DNA of 64,000 bases from Deferribacterales bacterium (GCA_050253075.1 JBFWJS010000001.1:384001-448000); one strand, 5' to 3'. Numbered from the stretch's first letter, positions 1 through 11,143 are shown. The notes: generated by a model not told the origin, from the sequence alone. Program-made: numbers and translations.

Positions 1-93
1 AAATCTCCGATAAGTTATTATATAAACGTTAACTTGCACTCTTTTTGCGTCGCAACAAATGGAGTCTTGAAAAAATAAAAAAAGGTGTAAAGC

Positions 94-1413
94 ATGCGCT
101 ATGACTTAGCAAAAAGCGGAAACGGGTTAACCTATGAAATCCGCAACATCGTGACAGTTGCTAAACTGATGGAAAAACACGGCGTCGAAATCTGTTATGA
201 AAACATCGGCGACCCTGTGGCTAAAGGAGAAATTATCCCCGACTGGATGAAAGAAACCATCGCGGACATCGTTCGTACAAACGACCTTTCCTTTGCCTAC
301 TGCTCTACAAAAGGTGTTGAAGACGTTCGCCAGTTTCTGGCGGAGAAGAACAACGCCAGAGGCGGAGCACAGATCACTAAAGAAGACATCATATTTTTCA
401 ACGGACTTGGCGACGCAATAGCGCGAGCGTATAGCTCAATTCGAGTGGATGCGAGGATTATGCTCCCCGAACCCACATACTCTACACACCTGCTGGCGGA
501 GGTGCTTCATGCATCTTATCCACCGAACACATACAGAATGAACCCTTATAATAACTGGCGTCCTGACCTCAACGAGCTCGAGCGTAAGGTCAGAAGTTCT
601 AACTCTATCGTCGGTATCCTCGTTATCAACCCTGATAACCCCACAGGATACGTACATACAGAGGAAGACCTTCGCCATATTGTAGAAATAGCTAAAGAGT
701 ACGAGCTGATGCTTGTATTCGATGAAATATATCTGAACATGATATACAACGGGCACAAGACGCCTGCTCTCGCAGACATCATAGGCAACGATGTCCCAGG
801 TATATCCATGAAGGGTATCTCAAAAGAATACCCTTGGCCGGGAGCCAGATGCGGCTGGATGGAAGTTTATAACGCAGGCAAGGATGAGAAGTTCGACAGA
901 TTCGTCAATGCCGTGCTTAACCAGAAGATGTCTGAGGTTTGCTCTACAACACTCCCTCAGCTCACTATACCGCACATAATGACCCACTCCGAATACCCTG
1001 TGTATCTCGCTGAGAGGCTGAAGCATTATGAAAAGCTCTCTAACATCGCATACAACATACTGAAAGACTGCCCATACGTTGTGGTAAACCGCTCTAACGG
1101 CGCTTTCTACATGTCTGTTGTGTTCAACGAAGCAGTGCTGAAAGACAACCAGATGCTTGAGATAGAGATCCCTGAGGTTCGCGATATCGTTACAAAACTC
1201 ACCGCTGATAAGATGGAGATGGACAAACGATTCGTATATTACCTCCTCGGAGCCACAGGCATATGCGTTGTTCCGCTTACATCATTCTTCACATCCACAC
1301 CCGGATTCAGAATGACACTACTTGAAAAAGATGTGGAAAAGTTTGAAAACATGGTGATGAAGATCAAAAACAAGATCGTGGAATACGTCGAATCGAGTAA
1401 GATAATTGGTTAA
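94..1413 (+). CDS. Class I/II PLP-dependent aminotransferase (AlaA-like)
   Basis: NIGDP, NPDNPTG, DEIY and GISKEYPWPGARCGW (PLP lysine) motifs; 439 aa; AAGG RBS. Confidence 0.9.
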   Translation: MRYDLAKSGNGLTYEIRNIVTVAKLMEKHGVEICYENIGDPVAKGEIIPDWMKETIADIVRTNDLSFAYCSTKGVEDVRQFLAEKNNARGGAQITKEDIIFFNGLGDAIARAYSSIRVDARIMLPEPTYSTHLLAEVLHASYPPNTYRMNPYNNWRPDLNELERKVRSSNSIVGILVINPDNPTGYVHTEEDLRHIVEIAKEYELMLVFDEIYLNMIYNGHKTPALADIIGNDVPGISMKGISKEYPWPGARCGWMEVYNAGKDEKFDRFVNAVLNQKMSEVCSTTLPQLTIPHIMTHSEYPVYLAERLKHYEKLSNIAYNILKDCPYVVVNRSNGAFYMSVVFNEAVLKDNQMLEIEIPEVRDIVTKLTADKMEMDKRFVYYLLGATGICVVPLTSFFTSTPGFRMTLLEKDVEKFENMVMKIKNKIVEYVESSKIIG

Positions 1414-1421
1414 ATGATACG

Positions 1422-1448
1422 GGCGGTCTGAAAAGGCCGCCTTTTTTT
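1422..1448 (+). terminator. Rho-independent terminator
   Basis: GGCGGTC-TGAAAA-GGCCGCC stem followed by T7, directly after the aminotransferase stop. Confidence 0.8.
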
Positions 1449-3693
1449 ATGCCAGCTGTTCTTCTATCTTCTTTATCAGTTCTTTTATCATCAGAGGCTT
1501 TATCATAACGACATGGTCGTCTTCGTTGAAGCCCTCTTTACGGTGTGCTTCCCCCACATATCCGGTGGTGAAGATAAACTTCTGGTCGGGCTTCATGGCG
1601 ATTATCTCTTTATATGCTGTGATACCGTTCATCACAGGCATAACGATGTCGGTGATGACCATATCTATCTCATATCTGTGCTTGGTGAAAACCTCTACGG
1701 CTTCCTTACCATTGACCGCTTCGTATATCTTATAACCGTAAACGTCAAGGGCATGTGCGAGGCTCTCACGGACTATCTTTTCATCTTCCACAAGGAGTAC
1801 TGTCACATTCCCCTTTGTGTCCTCTATCTCTGCCTCGGCGGCGACCTCTTCGGGTGTTTCGTCTGTGGTAGGCACTTTAATGACGAACTCCGTACCGCAT
1901 CCGGGCTCGCTGAAGCACTCTATCACACCGTGATGGCGGGATATTATGTCGCTGACGATATACAGACCGAGCCCTGTCCCCTTCCCTGCTTCCTTCGTGG
2001 TGAAGAAAGGCTCGAATATCTTCTCCAGCTTCTCCTGCTCGATACCGCATCCGTTGTCTTTCACGCTGATGACGGCATATTCGACAAATCCGTCTGCGCT
2101 GTCTGCTGCGCTGACCATAGCCTTATCTGTAGTGATGACGAGCTTGCCTTCTGCTTCGATGGCATCCCTTGCATTAGTAGCAAGGTTTATTATCACCTGC
2201 TCCAGCTGCACCGGGTCCCCCATGATGTTTACGTCCTCGTCCATAAGGTTTATCTCCAGCTCTATACGGCTGCCTATAACCATAGTGAGGAACTCTCCCA
2301 CTGATTTCACCAGTGAATTAACGCTGACGGGGCGTTCCGCCTCCATCTGTTTGCGGGAGAATGTAAGAAGGTTTTTCGTCAGATCCTTTGCCCTTACTGT
2401 CAGGTCGGATATCTTTTCAGCATATACATAGAAACGGCTGTCCTTGTCCATCTTACGCTTCATTATGGATGAGAAACCGCCGATGGCCGTCAGCATGTTT
2501 GTAAAGTCGTGGGCGATACCGCTAGTCAGCTCGCCGACCGTCTCCATCTTCTGCGCATGGAGCAGCTGGGACTTTATGCGGACCCTCTCGGTGATGTCCT
2601 CTTCGACTATGACTATGTTTGTCACCACGTCCACACTGCCGAAAACGGGAGATATAGACCCGAGAACAATGTATTCCTCGCCGTCATGACCGGTCTTCTG
2701 ATATTCGCCGACCCAGCTTTCGCCGTTTCGGCATTTATCCAGAGCGTCGAAGAATTCTTTACCGCTGCTGGCGTACATCTTCTCTTCTGTGATGTCTTTA
2801 TCTATAAGGAAGGACTTGTTCCTGCCTGCCGTATTTATCTGCTTTTTGTTTACATAGATTATCTTATAATCCGCATCCGTAACGGTCACTGCGGATGCAC
2901 TGGCATCTATCGCTTTATTCAGCATGAAAGCGTGCTGCTTTACTATCTCCTTCTCTGTACTGTCGTGGACAATGGCTAGTATAGAGACGCTGTTCTCGGT
3001 CTCTGCGTATTGGAATATCACCTCTGCGGGATATTTTGTCCCGTCCTTACGGGTGAATTTGGTGTGAAACATGACTCTGCCGGTCTTCCTGTCCCCTTCT
3101 TGTCTCATGGGTACAATCTCGTCGGCTATTTTCGACATTTCCATGCCGTACAGTTCCAGTATGTCATAGCCCAGATTGCTCTGAGCTTTTTTATTAGCGA
3201 ATTTTATCTTATAGCTGTCGCTGCCGAGGATGTATATCTCGTCCTCTGCGGAGTCCACAAGGTTTGTTAGCTCTTTGATCTCCTGTCTGGCACGCTTTAC
3301 CGCCTGCACTTCTTCATAGGCTTTTATCTCTCTGCGGATAACAGGCCACAGACGCTTCATGTTGTCTGTAGTGATATAGTCGTCTGCGCCGTATTCGAGC
3401 AGGTCTGCTGCCTCGTCCTGATCTTCTTTTTTTGTGATTATTACTATGGGCAGGTCTTTGTCTTTCTGCTTTCTTTCTTTGATGATATCTTTCAGATATT
3501 CTGTGCCTAAAGCGAGATCCGCAAGGATAAAGACATATTCCCCGTCGAAAGACTCACAGGATATATCACTGATATCATGAGTGATATTTACCCTGACACT
3601 GCTGTCCTGTGCCTGAAGACACTTCTTCACTATGTCGGAGATTTCGTCGTTTTTCGTAATGAATATGATCGGATTTTCAGCTTTAAGGCTCAT
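1447..3693 (-). CDS. Hybrid sensor histidine kinase (degenerate REC-PAS-PAS-HisKA-HATPase-REC)
   Basis: H-box GIAHDFTN, N-box [30 protein letters not shown]-terminal receiver TDIVMP. Confidence 0.92.
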   Translation of the reverse strand: MSLKAENPIIFITKNDEISDIVKKCLQAQDSSVRVNITHDISDISCESFDGEYVFILADLALGTEYLKDIIKERKQKDKDLPIVIITKKEDQDEAADLLEYGADDYITTDNMKRLWPVIRREIKAYEEVQAVKRARQEIKELTNLVDSAEDEIYILGSDSYKIKFANKKAQSNLGYDILELYGMEMSKIADEIVPMRQEGDRKTGRVMFHTKFTRKDGTKYPAEVIFQYAETENSVSILAIVHDSTEKEIVKQHAFMLNKAIDASASAVTVTDADYKIIYVNKKQINTAGRNKSFLIDKDITEEKMYASSGKEFFDALDKCRNGESWVGEYQKTGHDGEEYIVLGSISPVFGSVDVVTNIVIVEEDITERVRIKSQLLHAQKMETVGELTSGIAHDFTNMLTAIGGFSSIMKRKMDKDSRFYVYAEKISDLTVRAKDLTKNLLTFSRKQMEAERPVSVNSLVKSVGEFLTMVIGSRIELEINLMDEDVNIMGDPVQLEQVIINLATNARDAIEAEGKLVITTDKAMVSAADSADGFVEYAVISVKDNGCGIEQEKLEKIFEPFFTTKEAGKGTGLGLYIVSDIISRHHGVIECFSEPGCGTEFVIKVPTTDETPEEVAAEAEIEDTKGNVTVLLVEDEKIVRESLAHALDVYGYKIYEAVNGKEAVEVFTKHRYEIDMVITDIVMPVMNGITAYKEIIAMKPDQKFIFTTGYVGEAHRKEGFNEDDHVVMIKPLMIKELIKKIEEQLA

Positions 3694-3747
3694 ACTAGAA
3701 TATAAACCTTCCGGATGTCCTTTTACAAGTATTACTGGCTAAAAGGT

Positions 3748-4539
3748 TTATAAATCTTCGCCGAATTCTCTGAAGCCGAATTTCTTGGAAAGAACTTTAG
3801 CAGCCTCTACCACAGTCGGAGCAACAACCTCTCTCACATAATCCATGTCCATTCTTTCGGAAGGAGCAGAAACGCTGATCCCTGCGATGACATTGCCCAT
3901 GAAGTCTTTGATAGGTGCGCCGACGCATCTGACACCGAGTTCGTACTCTTCGTTATCCACTGCGTAGCCGATCCTTTTGATCTCGTCGAGTTCGTCTTTC
4001 AGTTCGTCGAAGTTGCCGAGGGTGTTCGGAGTGATCTTCCTGAATTCTCCGCTGTAGAGCTTTTCAAGCTCCAGTGCGTCATAGTATGCAAGCTGCGCCT
4101 TACCTGTGGCTGTGGCGTATGCAGGCCCGACATTACCTATCCTCGGGAGGACACGCACTGCCTGATCTGTTTCTATGACATTGAGATAAACGACAGCGCC
4201 GTCTCTCAGCACACTGATGTATGCGGATTCGTTTGTGTCGTTTTTAAGCTGCTGGAGAACCTGTATGGATATCTCTGTGATGCTGAGTTTATTAATATAT
4301 GCCTGTGATATCTGGAAGGTCTTCACACCGAGGCGGAAGTTTCCCGTGTATCTGTTGTGCTCTACATAGCCGAGTAGCTCGAGTGTGGCGAGCAGCTTGT
4401 TAACATTGCTTCTGGTGAGGTTCAGCTCTGAGACAACGTCTGTTATGCTCAGCTCGTGGTCCTTATCACCGAGTAATTCCAATATATCTATGGCATTACT
4501 GACAGCCTGGACGGCGTATTCAGATTTTTCCCTTTTCAT
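3748..4539 (-). CDS. IclR-family transcriptional regulator
   Basis: N-terminal HTH; C-terminal ATATGKAQLA and GYAVDNEEYELGVRCVGAPI. Confidence 0.93.
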   Translation of the reverse strand: MKREKSEYAVQAVSNAIDILELLGDKDHELSITDVVSELNLTRSNVNKLLATLELLGYVEHNRYTGNFRLGVKTFQISQAYINKLSITEISIQVLQQLKNDTNESAYISVLRDGAVVYLNVIETDQAVRVLPRIGNVGPAYATATGKAQLAYYDALELEKLYSGEFRKITPNTLGNFDELKDELDEIKRIGYAVDNEEYELGVRCVGAPIKDFMGNVIAGISVSAPSERMDMDYVREVVAPTVVEAAKVLSKKFGFREFGEDL

Positions 4540-4651
4540 AATATCTCCCGATAGCCGATATTATAATAGCATAACACCGTTTACCATTCAGTCAATAGTT
4601 CTAATACTTAATATATTTACAAAAAATACTACTATCGTCAATAGCATATTT

Positions 4652-4677
4652 TTTTGTTTCATTTAAATAAAACAAAA
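4652..4677. promoter_or_regulatory. 26-bp near-perfect palindrome upstream of the IclR gene (candidate operator)
   Basis: TTTTGTTTCATTT/AAATAAAACAAAA, one mismatch. Confidence 0.45.
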
Positions 4678-4726
4678 GTTACATCTTGTAAACAGGAAAT
4701 CATTGCTAATATAAATTAAATTAATA

Positions 4727-5965
4727 TTAATGCTGGAGCCCTATATTACATGCATAGTTAAAACTGTCTAGCATTACTTCGTTGAAAATGTTGTTATTTA
4801 TACCCAGCATATTAAAGTGCTTTTCCAGCATGAGGATATTGTCTCTTTCATAATCCATGATGGTTTTCAGCACCAGCCCGAGCACTCCTGTTTTCATTAG
4901 CACTGCTTCTTTTATCTCGTTATCCAGATTAAACTCTTTGAGAACATCCTCAATCTTTCTGTTGAACACGGCATCCATAAGAGAAAGCAGACCCACAAGG
5001 TATGCCTCTCCTGCTTTATCAGATGATATATTCGCCTTCAGACAGAGGTTTTCCATCGCCCTCGCCCTTACCTGTGCGGTTATAAGCAGAGGGTTGTCAA
5101 AGCTGTCATTACCGGGCCCTGCATATAGGATAAGGTAAAGCCACTTTGCCAGATTGTCCCTGCCGAGCAGAGCCATAGCGTGCTTGATGGAGCTCACCTG
5201 CCCCCTTGTGAAAAAAGCGGCGGAGTTCATGAATTTCAGCAGGTTTATATATAGGTCCGGATAGTTTTTGATGATCTTTTCCAGTTCGCTCGCTTCGGCA
5301 TCGTTCCTCAGCATGTTTATGAGCTGTACAGTAGCAGCCTTTGAAGGGTCTACGGATTTTGACGTGATGACCACAGGCTTAGCGAAATAATACCCCTGAA
5401 ACAGATCAAAGCCTATATCTCTGCAAAATTCGTGGTCGCACTGTGTCTCGACCTTTTCGGCGAGTATCTTTATGTTCATCTTTTTGAAGAGTTCCATGTG
5501 CTTCGGCAGGGCATTCTTGTCACAGTACATATAGTCCACCTTTATCACCTCGACCAGGCGGAATAATGTCTTAAACATATCGTAATAGTCCTGAGACAGA
5601 ACCATATCGTCAAGGGCAAAGGAGTAGCCTTTGTGTACATACTCGGCGACCTTTTCCACCAGCTCGGGTGTCACCTTTGTTGTCTCCAGTATCTCTATGA
5701 CAAATTTATCCTTAGGCAGGATGTCCAGAGCACCGTCCAGAATTATGTGCTCATCTGCATTTATAAAGCCCTTTTTCCCGCCAAGCAGTGTTTCCAGACC
5801 GATATTCTGGATAGCGTTAATAAGAACTCTCGCAGTGGCACTGGAGTTATCCGTTACCAAAGCCTTAACATCTTCGCCCGCCTGTCTGAATAAAAGCTCA
5901 TAGGCATATATATGCCCGTTCTTATCCAGTATCGGCTGTCTGCCTATAAAAAATTCTTTGCTCAT
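4727..5965 (-). CDS. EAL and modified HD-GYP (HDOD) domain protein
   Basis: RQPI, AYELLFR, IEILE, LAEKVET, FQGYYFAKP; C-terminal HDOD (LLKFMNSA, VGLLSLMD). Confidence 0.9.
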   Translation of the reverse strand: MSKEFFIGRQPILDKNGHIYAYELLFRQAGEDVKALVTDNSSATARVLINAIQNIGLETLLGGKKGFINADEHIILDGALDILPKDKFVIEILETTKVTPELVEKVAEYVHKGYSFALDDMVLSQDYYDMFKTLFRLVEVIKVDYMYCDKNALPKHMELFKKMNIKILAEKVETQCDHEFCRDIGFDLFQGYYFAKPVVITSKSVDPSKAATVQLINMLRNDAEASELEKIIKNYPDLYINLLKFMNSAAFFTRGQVSSIKHAMALLGRDNLAKWLYLILYAGPGNDSFDNPLLITAQVRARAMENLCLKANISSDKAGEAYLVGLLSLMDAVFNRKIEDVLKEFNLDNEIKEAVLMKTGVLGLVLKTIMDYERDNILMLEKHFNMLGINNNIFNEVMLDSFNYACNIGLQH

Positions 5966-6157
5966 GGCTCCTCTTGCTTTCTTGTGTAAGCATTCGGTTG
6001 TTTTAATTACTATGTTTAGTATAGTATATTTTAAATTTTATTATTTGCTATATAAACTTTGTCAATATTATATTATATTTACCCAAGTTCTTGAATTTAA
6101 TCAGCGCACCGTATATCATTACTTATCACATTATACACCAATTTTACGGAGACCATT

Positions 6158-7225
6158 ATGTCAGCAGATGTATTTTTTTCTACCATCGACAGTAAAAAGC
6201 ACAAGAGCCCCCTTCTTAAGATTAAAAAGCTCATAAACAGATGCGCACCCGAGACCATCTTTAAAAAGAATGACCTGATCGCTATTAAGACTCACTTCGG
6301 TGAACTCGGCAACACTGCTTTTCTCCGTCCCGTATTCCTGCGCCCTGTCGTAGAAAAGCTGAATCTGCTAGGCACTAAGCCTTTCCTCACAGATACTAAC
6401 ACCCTGTATGTTGGTATGCGTACAAACAGCGTGGATCACCTGCATAATGCCACGATGAACGGCTTTAACTTCTCCACACTTCAGGTGCCTGTGATAATTG
6501 CCGACGGACTCAGAGGCGATAACTCCATATCTGTGGATATCGACGGCGAATTCCTCAAACAGGTGAACCTTGCCGCTGATATAGCTACTGCCGACGGCAT
6601 GTTTGTCGTATCCCATTTTAAAGGTCACGAAGTAACAGGTTTCGGCGGTGCTATAAAAAATATATCTATGGGATGCTCCTGCAGACAAGGCAAGCTCGAC
6701 ATGCACTCAGACTCGAAACCGTCCGTACATCAGGACAAGTGCACATCCTGCGGCCGCTGCCTCAGCTTCTGCGCCTCTAAGGCTATCGATATCAAACCAA
6801 AAGCAAAGATAAACGACAACTGCACCGGATGCGCCATGTGCATCAGCGTATGCCCTGAGGGAGCAATAGGCATCAACTGGGACGCCTCTTCCCACTCCAC
6901 ACAGTCTAAGATGGCTGAATACGCTGTGGGCGTTAATAAGGCTCTGAAAGGCAAGATTGTTTATCTGAATGTTATCTTAAGCGTGTCGCCTGCCTGCGAC
7001 TGTTACCCCGGTAATGACAGACCTGTCGTCGGGGATATAGGTTTTGCATCATCTTTAGACCCCGTTGCCCTTGATAAAGCATGTCTCGACCTTGTGACAA
7101 AGGCAAACGGAGGATCTGACCCGTTCGCAGAGAGATACCCACACATCGACTCTGATGTGCAGCTATCTCACGCGGTTAAACTCGGGCTCGGAAGCAAAGA
7201 CTATAACCTGATCGAAGTGGAATAA
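6158..7225 (+). CDS. DUF362-family Fe-S protein with two 4Fe-4S motifs
   Basis: IKTHFGELGN, SHFKGHEVTGFGGAIKN, CTSCGRC...C, CTGCAMC...CP, CDC, DPVALD. Confidence 0.88.
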   Translation: MSADVFFSTIDSKKHKSPLLKIKKLINRCAPETIFKKNDLIAIKTHFGELGNTAFLRPVFLRPVVEKLNLLGTKPFLTDTNTLYVGMRTNSVDHLHNATMNGFNFSTLQVPVIIADGLRGDNSISVDIDGEFLKQVNLAADIATADGMFVVSHFKGHEVTGFGGAIKNISMGCSCRQGKLDMHSDSKPSVHQDKCTSCGRCLSFCASKAIDIKPKAKINDNCTGCAMCISVCPEGAIGINWDASSHSTQSKMAEYAVGVNKALKGKIVYLNVILSVSPACDCYPGNDRPVVGDIGFASSLDPVALDKACLDLVTKANGGSDPFAERYPHIDSDVQLSHAVKLGLGSKDYNLIEVE

Positions 7226-7227
7226 GA

Positions 7228-8655
7228 TCAGTTAATCAGCTTCCTTATCTTTTTAGTCGTCACTATTTTATAAGCGCTCATATCCCTCACGGTGCGGCCC
7301 TCTTCGAGGCTCTTGATACCGGTGAGGTAATCTTCTATGAATGAAGGGTTTTTCAGTTTTTCCATAAATACTATTATGTCATAGCCGAGCATATCCTTCA
7401 CAGTAGGCAGCTTTGTATAGTCGTTATAGTATTCTTCGTTGAATCTCTCTACGTTCGACTGGCTTAGGAGCAGTACTTCTGTGATGATGTAAGCTCCTTT
7501 GAAGTATTCCGCATATTCAGGCGTGAAGAACAGCTTGCCCAATCCATCCACGGCACAGGCAATGACGCTCTTCTCAGGTTTATCAGAGTAGAACCTGAGG
7601 AATGGGACAACCTTTACCAGCTGCTGCTGTGTGCCCACAACGGCGAAAGATATTGTCACATCCTTGCCCGCCTCTTCTTTGATAGTGTTCAGAGTTGCCT
7701 GAAAGTTTTCGTCCTCTATGTCAAACATATATACTTTGACATCGCTGTCTCTGTATTTATCTGTAATCTCCAGAGCCTTCTCATACTGCTCTTTCGTATA
7801 TCCCAGCACTATGTGTGATCCGCCGTTCAACATTGCGAAGTTTACAGCCTCTTCGAAGACCTTGCCCATCTCAAGTCCGAATTCATACATATTCGTCTTA
7901 GATGTTATTATCTTTGACCCTGCATCGAGGGTAAAGTCATAGTCTTCTCTCTGGCCTGTGAAGTCGAGCTCGACATCCAGCCCCATCTTACTGATGGAAT
8001 AAAGCATTGCTTCGATGAGCTTGCCGTCTGCCTCTGCATCTTTTACATTCACCACTATCTTCTCCATCAGGACGCCTTCCACCTGCGGAGCTTCCACTAC
8101 CTTTTTAGGTTCTTCGAATATCTCTATCTCTATCTCAGATTCGCCAGTGCTTATCTCTGAGAGTGCGCATTTCTTCGGATCGCCGAATGTCGCCTTACCT
8201 TCCTGTGCGCAGTAGTGTCTGAAAACCTTTTCGGCTACATCGTCCATCTCGACACTTTTCAATATCTCCATCTGCTCGTCCATGACTGCTATGTCGCCCT
8301 TTTTCATAGCGGCATCATACAGCCAGAGGTGACCGGATATCTTTGTAAACCTGTCCAGATAGCTATCGTCCATGTTGTCTTTCAGCATGAGGTAACCCTC
8401 TTCCACACTGCCGTTCCGCACGTAGTGTCTTCCGAGGATGAGGCCTGCGGTCTTTGCGGCAGATTTATCGGATGACTCCATCATCTCTTTCATCTTTCGC
8501 ACATCCGCACGGGTGAGGTTTTTAACGGCGTAGTATTCTCTATTGAAAAGGCGCACAGGCTCCTGCTGCTGCACCTGCTCAATACAGCCTGACAGCACCA
8601 TCACTATTGCTAAGGATAGTATAAGTCCTTTGAATCGGCGTATCGTATCTGACAT
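7228..8655 (-). CDS. Lipoprotein with C-terminal type I periplasmic-binding-like domain (LpoA/LppC-like)
   Basis: Signal peptide with lipobox LSGC; C-terminal FNEEYYNDYTKLP...LGYD pattern. Confidence 0.6.
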   Translation of the reverse strand: MSDTIRRFKGLILSLAIVMVLSGCIEQVQQQEPVRLFNREYYAVKNLTRADVRKMKEMMESSDKSAAKTAGLILGRHYVRNGSVEEGYLMLKDNMDDSYLDRFTKISGHLWLYDAAMKKGDIAVMDEQMEILKSVEMDDVAEKVFRHYCAQEGKATFGDPKKCALSEISTGESEIEIEIFEEPKKVVEAPQVEGVLMEKIVVNVKDAEADGKLIEAMLYSISKMGLDVELDFTGQREDYDFTLDAGSKIITSKTNMYEFGLEMGKVFEEAVNFAMLNGGSHIVLGYTKEQYEKALEITDKYRDSDVKVYMFDIEDENFQATLNTIKEEAGKDVTISFAVVGTQQQLVKVVPFLRFYSDKPEKSVIACAVDGLGKLFFTPEYAEYFKGAYIITEVLLLSQSNVERFNEEYYNDYTKLPTVKDMLGYDIIVFMEKLKNPSFIEDYLTGIKSLEEGRTVRDMSAYKIVTTKKIRKLIN

Positions 8656-9199
8656 TTATAAACTCCAGTTTTTTCTTTTCCATAAGTATAGACGCGGCAT
8701 CGAGCTCTTCGGAGACATTTTCCCCTTTATAAAGAACCCATATACAGTTTTTATCGGCTAAGTTCATAGTATAATTAATCATTTGTTCCACTTTCGCCAC
8801 TCCTCGGGAGAGTATCGTGCGGAACTTCCTGCCTTTAATATTTTCACTGCGGGATGTTATCACTTCCACATTCTTCAGCCCCAGCTCACGTGCGCACTCT
8901 TCTAGGAACTTGCATTTCTTCGCTATGCTGTCCACAAGTGTAAATTTCAGGTCAGGATACATAATGGCGAGGATCATCCCGGGGAATCCTCCGCCTGTGC
9001 CTATGTCTGCAACATCGCCTTTCAAAAGTGACGGCTTATCCGCATAAAGGAGGAAGCTGTCCAGCACATGCTTGGTATAAAACTGCTCCTTGTCCTTTAT
9101 CGCCGTCAGGTTCAGCGTTGCATTCATATGCATTTCATAGAACCTGTCTATCAGCCCGATCTGTTCGTCTGTAAAATCCCAGTAATTTTCTATTATCAT
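8579..9199 (-). CDS. rsmG: 16S rRNA m7G527 methyltransferase RsmG (GidB)
   Basis: NLTAI, KHVLDS, DIGTGGGFPG, DSIAKK; immediately follows mnmG. Confidence 0.95.
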   Translation of the reverse strand: MIIENYWDFTDEQIGLIDRFYEMHMNATLNLTAIKDKEQFYTKHVLDSFLLYADKPSLLKGDVADIGTGGGFPGMILAIMYPDLKFTLVDSIAKKCKFLEECARELGLKNVEVITSRSENIKGRKFRTILSRGVAKVEQMINYTMNLADKNCIWVLYKGENVSEELDAASILMEKKKLEFINVRYDTPIQRTYTILSNSDGAVRLY

Positions 9200-11055
9200 T
9201 TCTTACTCATTATATATACATGCAGCAGGCTTATCGCTGCAGGGGTCATACCTTTTATCCTGCTGGCCTGCCCGAGCGTCTGCGGACGGATAGCATTCAG
9301 CTTGTCTATGTATTCCCTGCGCAGCCCCTGTATCTCTTCATACTTTATATCATCAGGCAGTTTCACTGTCTCTATCTTGTTAAACTTCCCTATCTCTTCC
9401 TGCTGTCTGTCGAGGTAGCCCTCATACTTTACGGCTATCTCAACCTGTTCGGATATCTTCTCATCCTCAAGACCGCCCACCAGCTCTTTTATATCTGCAT
9501 AGGTCATCTCGGGTCTGCGGAGCAGTTCTTTCGCTGTCACCTTTGTGCGGAGCACCACGCCATACTTCTCGAGCTTTGCGTTGTTCTCCTTAGACGGTGT
9601 GATGGCCAGCTCTGCGAGCCTTGCAAACTCTTTTTCGAACTCAGCCTTTTCAGCGTGAAACCTTTCGTATCTGGTCTTTGATATCAGTCCGAATTCGTAC
9701 CCCTTTTCTATCAGGCGGAATTCTGCGTTGTCTTCCCTCAGCCACAGGCGGTATTCCGCACGGGAGGAAAACATACGGTATGGCTCATCCACACCCTTAT
9801 TCACAAGGTCGTCACACATGACACCTATGTAGCTCTCGTCACGCTTCACTATATACGGCTCTTTGCCGTCGAGGGCGAGCACGGCGTTAATACCTGCCAC
9901 AAGCCCCTGTGCGGCGGCTTCTTCATATCCGCTGGTGCCGTTAAGCTGACCTGTGAAATACAGCCCTTTCACCTTCTTTGTCTCCATAGTCGGATGCAAA
10001 GCCGTCGGCTGTACGAAGTCGTATTCTATGGCATATGCGGGACGTACAAACTCGACCTTTTCAAGGCCTGGAACGGTGCGGTACATCGCTATCTGCACAT
10101 CTATAGGCAGTGACGACGAAAAGCCGTTCGCATAATACTCTCTGGACTTCAGCCCCTCTGGCTCGAGGAATATCTGATGCCTTGTCTTCTCGGGGAATTT
10201 CTTGACCTTGTCCTCTATAGACGGGCAGTATCTAGGCCCGATACCCTGTATGACACCCGCATAAAGAGGTGATCTGTGGAGGTTGTCCCTTATTATCTGA
10301 TGTGTTTCTTCATTAGTATACGTTATGTAGCACGGCACCTGAGGCAGAGTTATCTCCTTTGTCTCGAAAGAGAACGGCCTCGGAGGATTATCGCCAGGCT
10401 GTGCCTCCAGCTTGCTGAAGTCTATGGTGCCGACATCAAGCCTCGCAGGGGTTCCCGTCTTTAGCCTTTCAGTCTCAAAGCCTATTTTATGCAGTGATGA
10501 CACGAGGTTTATAGATGCGAATTCGTTCATTCGCCCTGCGCTGTAGTGGCTGTCACCTATGTGTATAAGCCCTTTCAGGAATGTACCTGTTGATAATATT
10601 ACCTTTTTCGCTCTATAGAGCATGCTCGTATCGCTGATAACGCCGACTACTTCGCCGTTTGCGACCTCTATCTCTTCTATCATCCCCTGCTTCAGATCAA
10701 GGGATTCCTGATGCATTATCACTTCCAGCATGCGCTGTCTGTACATCTCTTTATCTGCCTGTGCACGGCTGGAGCGCACGGCAGGGCCCTTTGTCATGTT
10801 CAAAATGCGGAACTGTATGCCTGTCTCATCGATGTTTTTGGCCATTTCACCGCCGAGGGCGTCTATATCCTTAACAATATTCCCCTTCGCAAGCCCGCCA
10901 ATGGCAGGGTTACAGCTCATCTGAGCGAGGGATTCCACAGATATAGTAAACAGCAGAGTATCCGCACCCATTCTGGCGGATGCGAGCGCTGCTTCACAGC
11001 CGGCATGACCTGCGCCGACAACAATAACGTCATATGTCTTTCCATATTCCAACAT
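9196..11055 (-). CDS. mnmG: tRNA uridine modification enzyme MnmG (GidA); likely start 11055 (ORF open to 11076)
   Basis: VVGAGHAGCEAA, MSCNPAIGG, GPRYCPSIEDK, GTSGYEEAAAQG, SRAEYRL. Confidence 0.97.
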   Translation of the reverse strand: MLEYGKTYDVIVVGAGHAGCEAALASARMGADTLLFTISVESLAQMSCNPAIGGLAKGNIVKDIDALGGEMAKNIDETGIQFRILNMTKGPAVRSSRAQADKEMYRQRMLEVIMHQESLDLKQGMIEEIEVANGEVVGVISDTSMLYRAKKVILSTGTFLKGLIHIGDSHYSAGRMNEFASINLVSSLHKIGFETERLKTGTPARLDVGTIDFSKLEAQPGDNPPRPFSFETKEITLPQVPCYITYTNEETHQIIRDNLHRSPLYAGVIQGIGPRYCPSIEDKVKKFPEKTRHQIFLEPEGLKSREYYANGFSSSLPIDVQIAMYRTVPGLEKVEFVRPAYAIEYDFVQPTALHPTMETKKVKGLYFTGQLNGTSGYEEAAAQGLVAGINAVLALDGKEPYIVKRDESYIGVMCDDLVNKGVDEPYRMFSSRAEYRLWLREDNAEFRLIEKGYEFGLISKTRYERFHAEKAEFEKEFARLAELAITPSKENNAKLEKYGVVLRTKVTAKELLRRPEMTYADIKELVGGLEDEKISEQVEIAVKYEGYLDRQQEEIGKFNKIETVKLPDDIKYEEIQGLRREYIDKLNAIRPQTLGQASRIKGMTPAAISLLHVYIMSKK

Positions 11056-11127
11056 AATCTTACCTATTCTCCGCATCTGAGCAGCCCAAAGGCCACGGTA
11101 ATGCCAATATGGATCAAAGTACTACTT

Positions 11128-11143
11128 TGTTTCACGTGAAACA
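11128..11143. promoter_or_regulatory. parS: parS centromere-like site
   Basis: Exact 16-bp palindrome TGTTTCACGTGAAACA, intergenic between mnmE and mnmG. Confidence 0.92.

Noticed and set aside
35..49. TTGCAC-N5-TTGC upstream of the aminotransferase as a sigma54 promoter
   Set aside because: The invariant GG at -24 is missing (TG instead).
5991..6019. CTAAA...ACCGAATG upstream of the EAL-HDOD gene as a sigma28 promoter
   Set aside because: Spacing is one base too long and the -10 match is poor.
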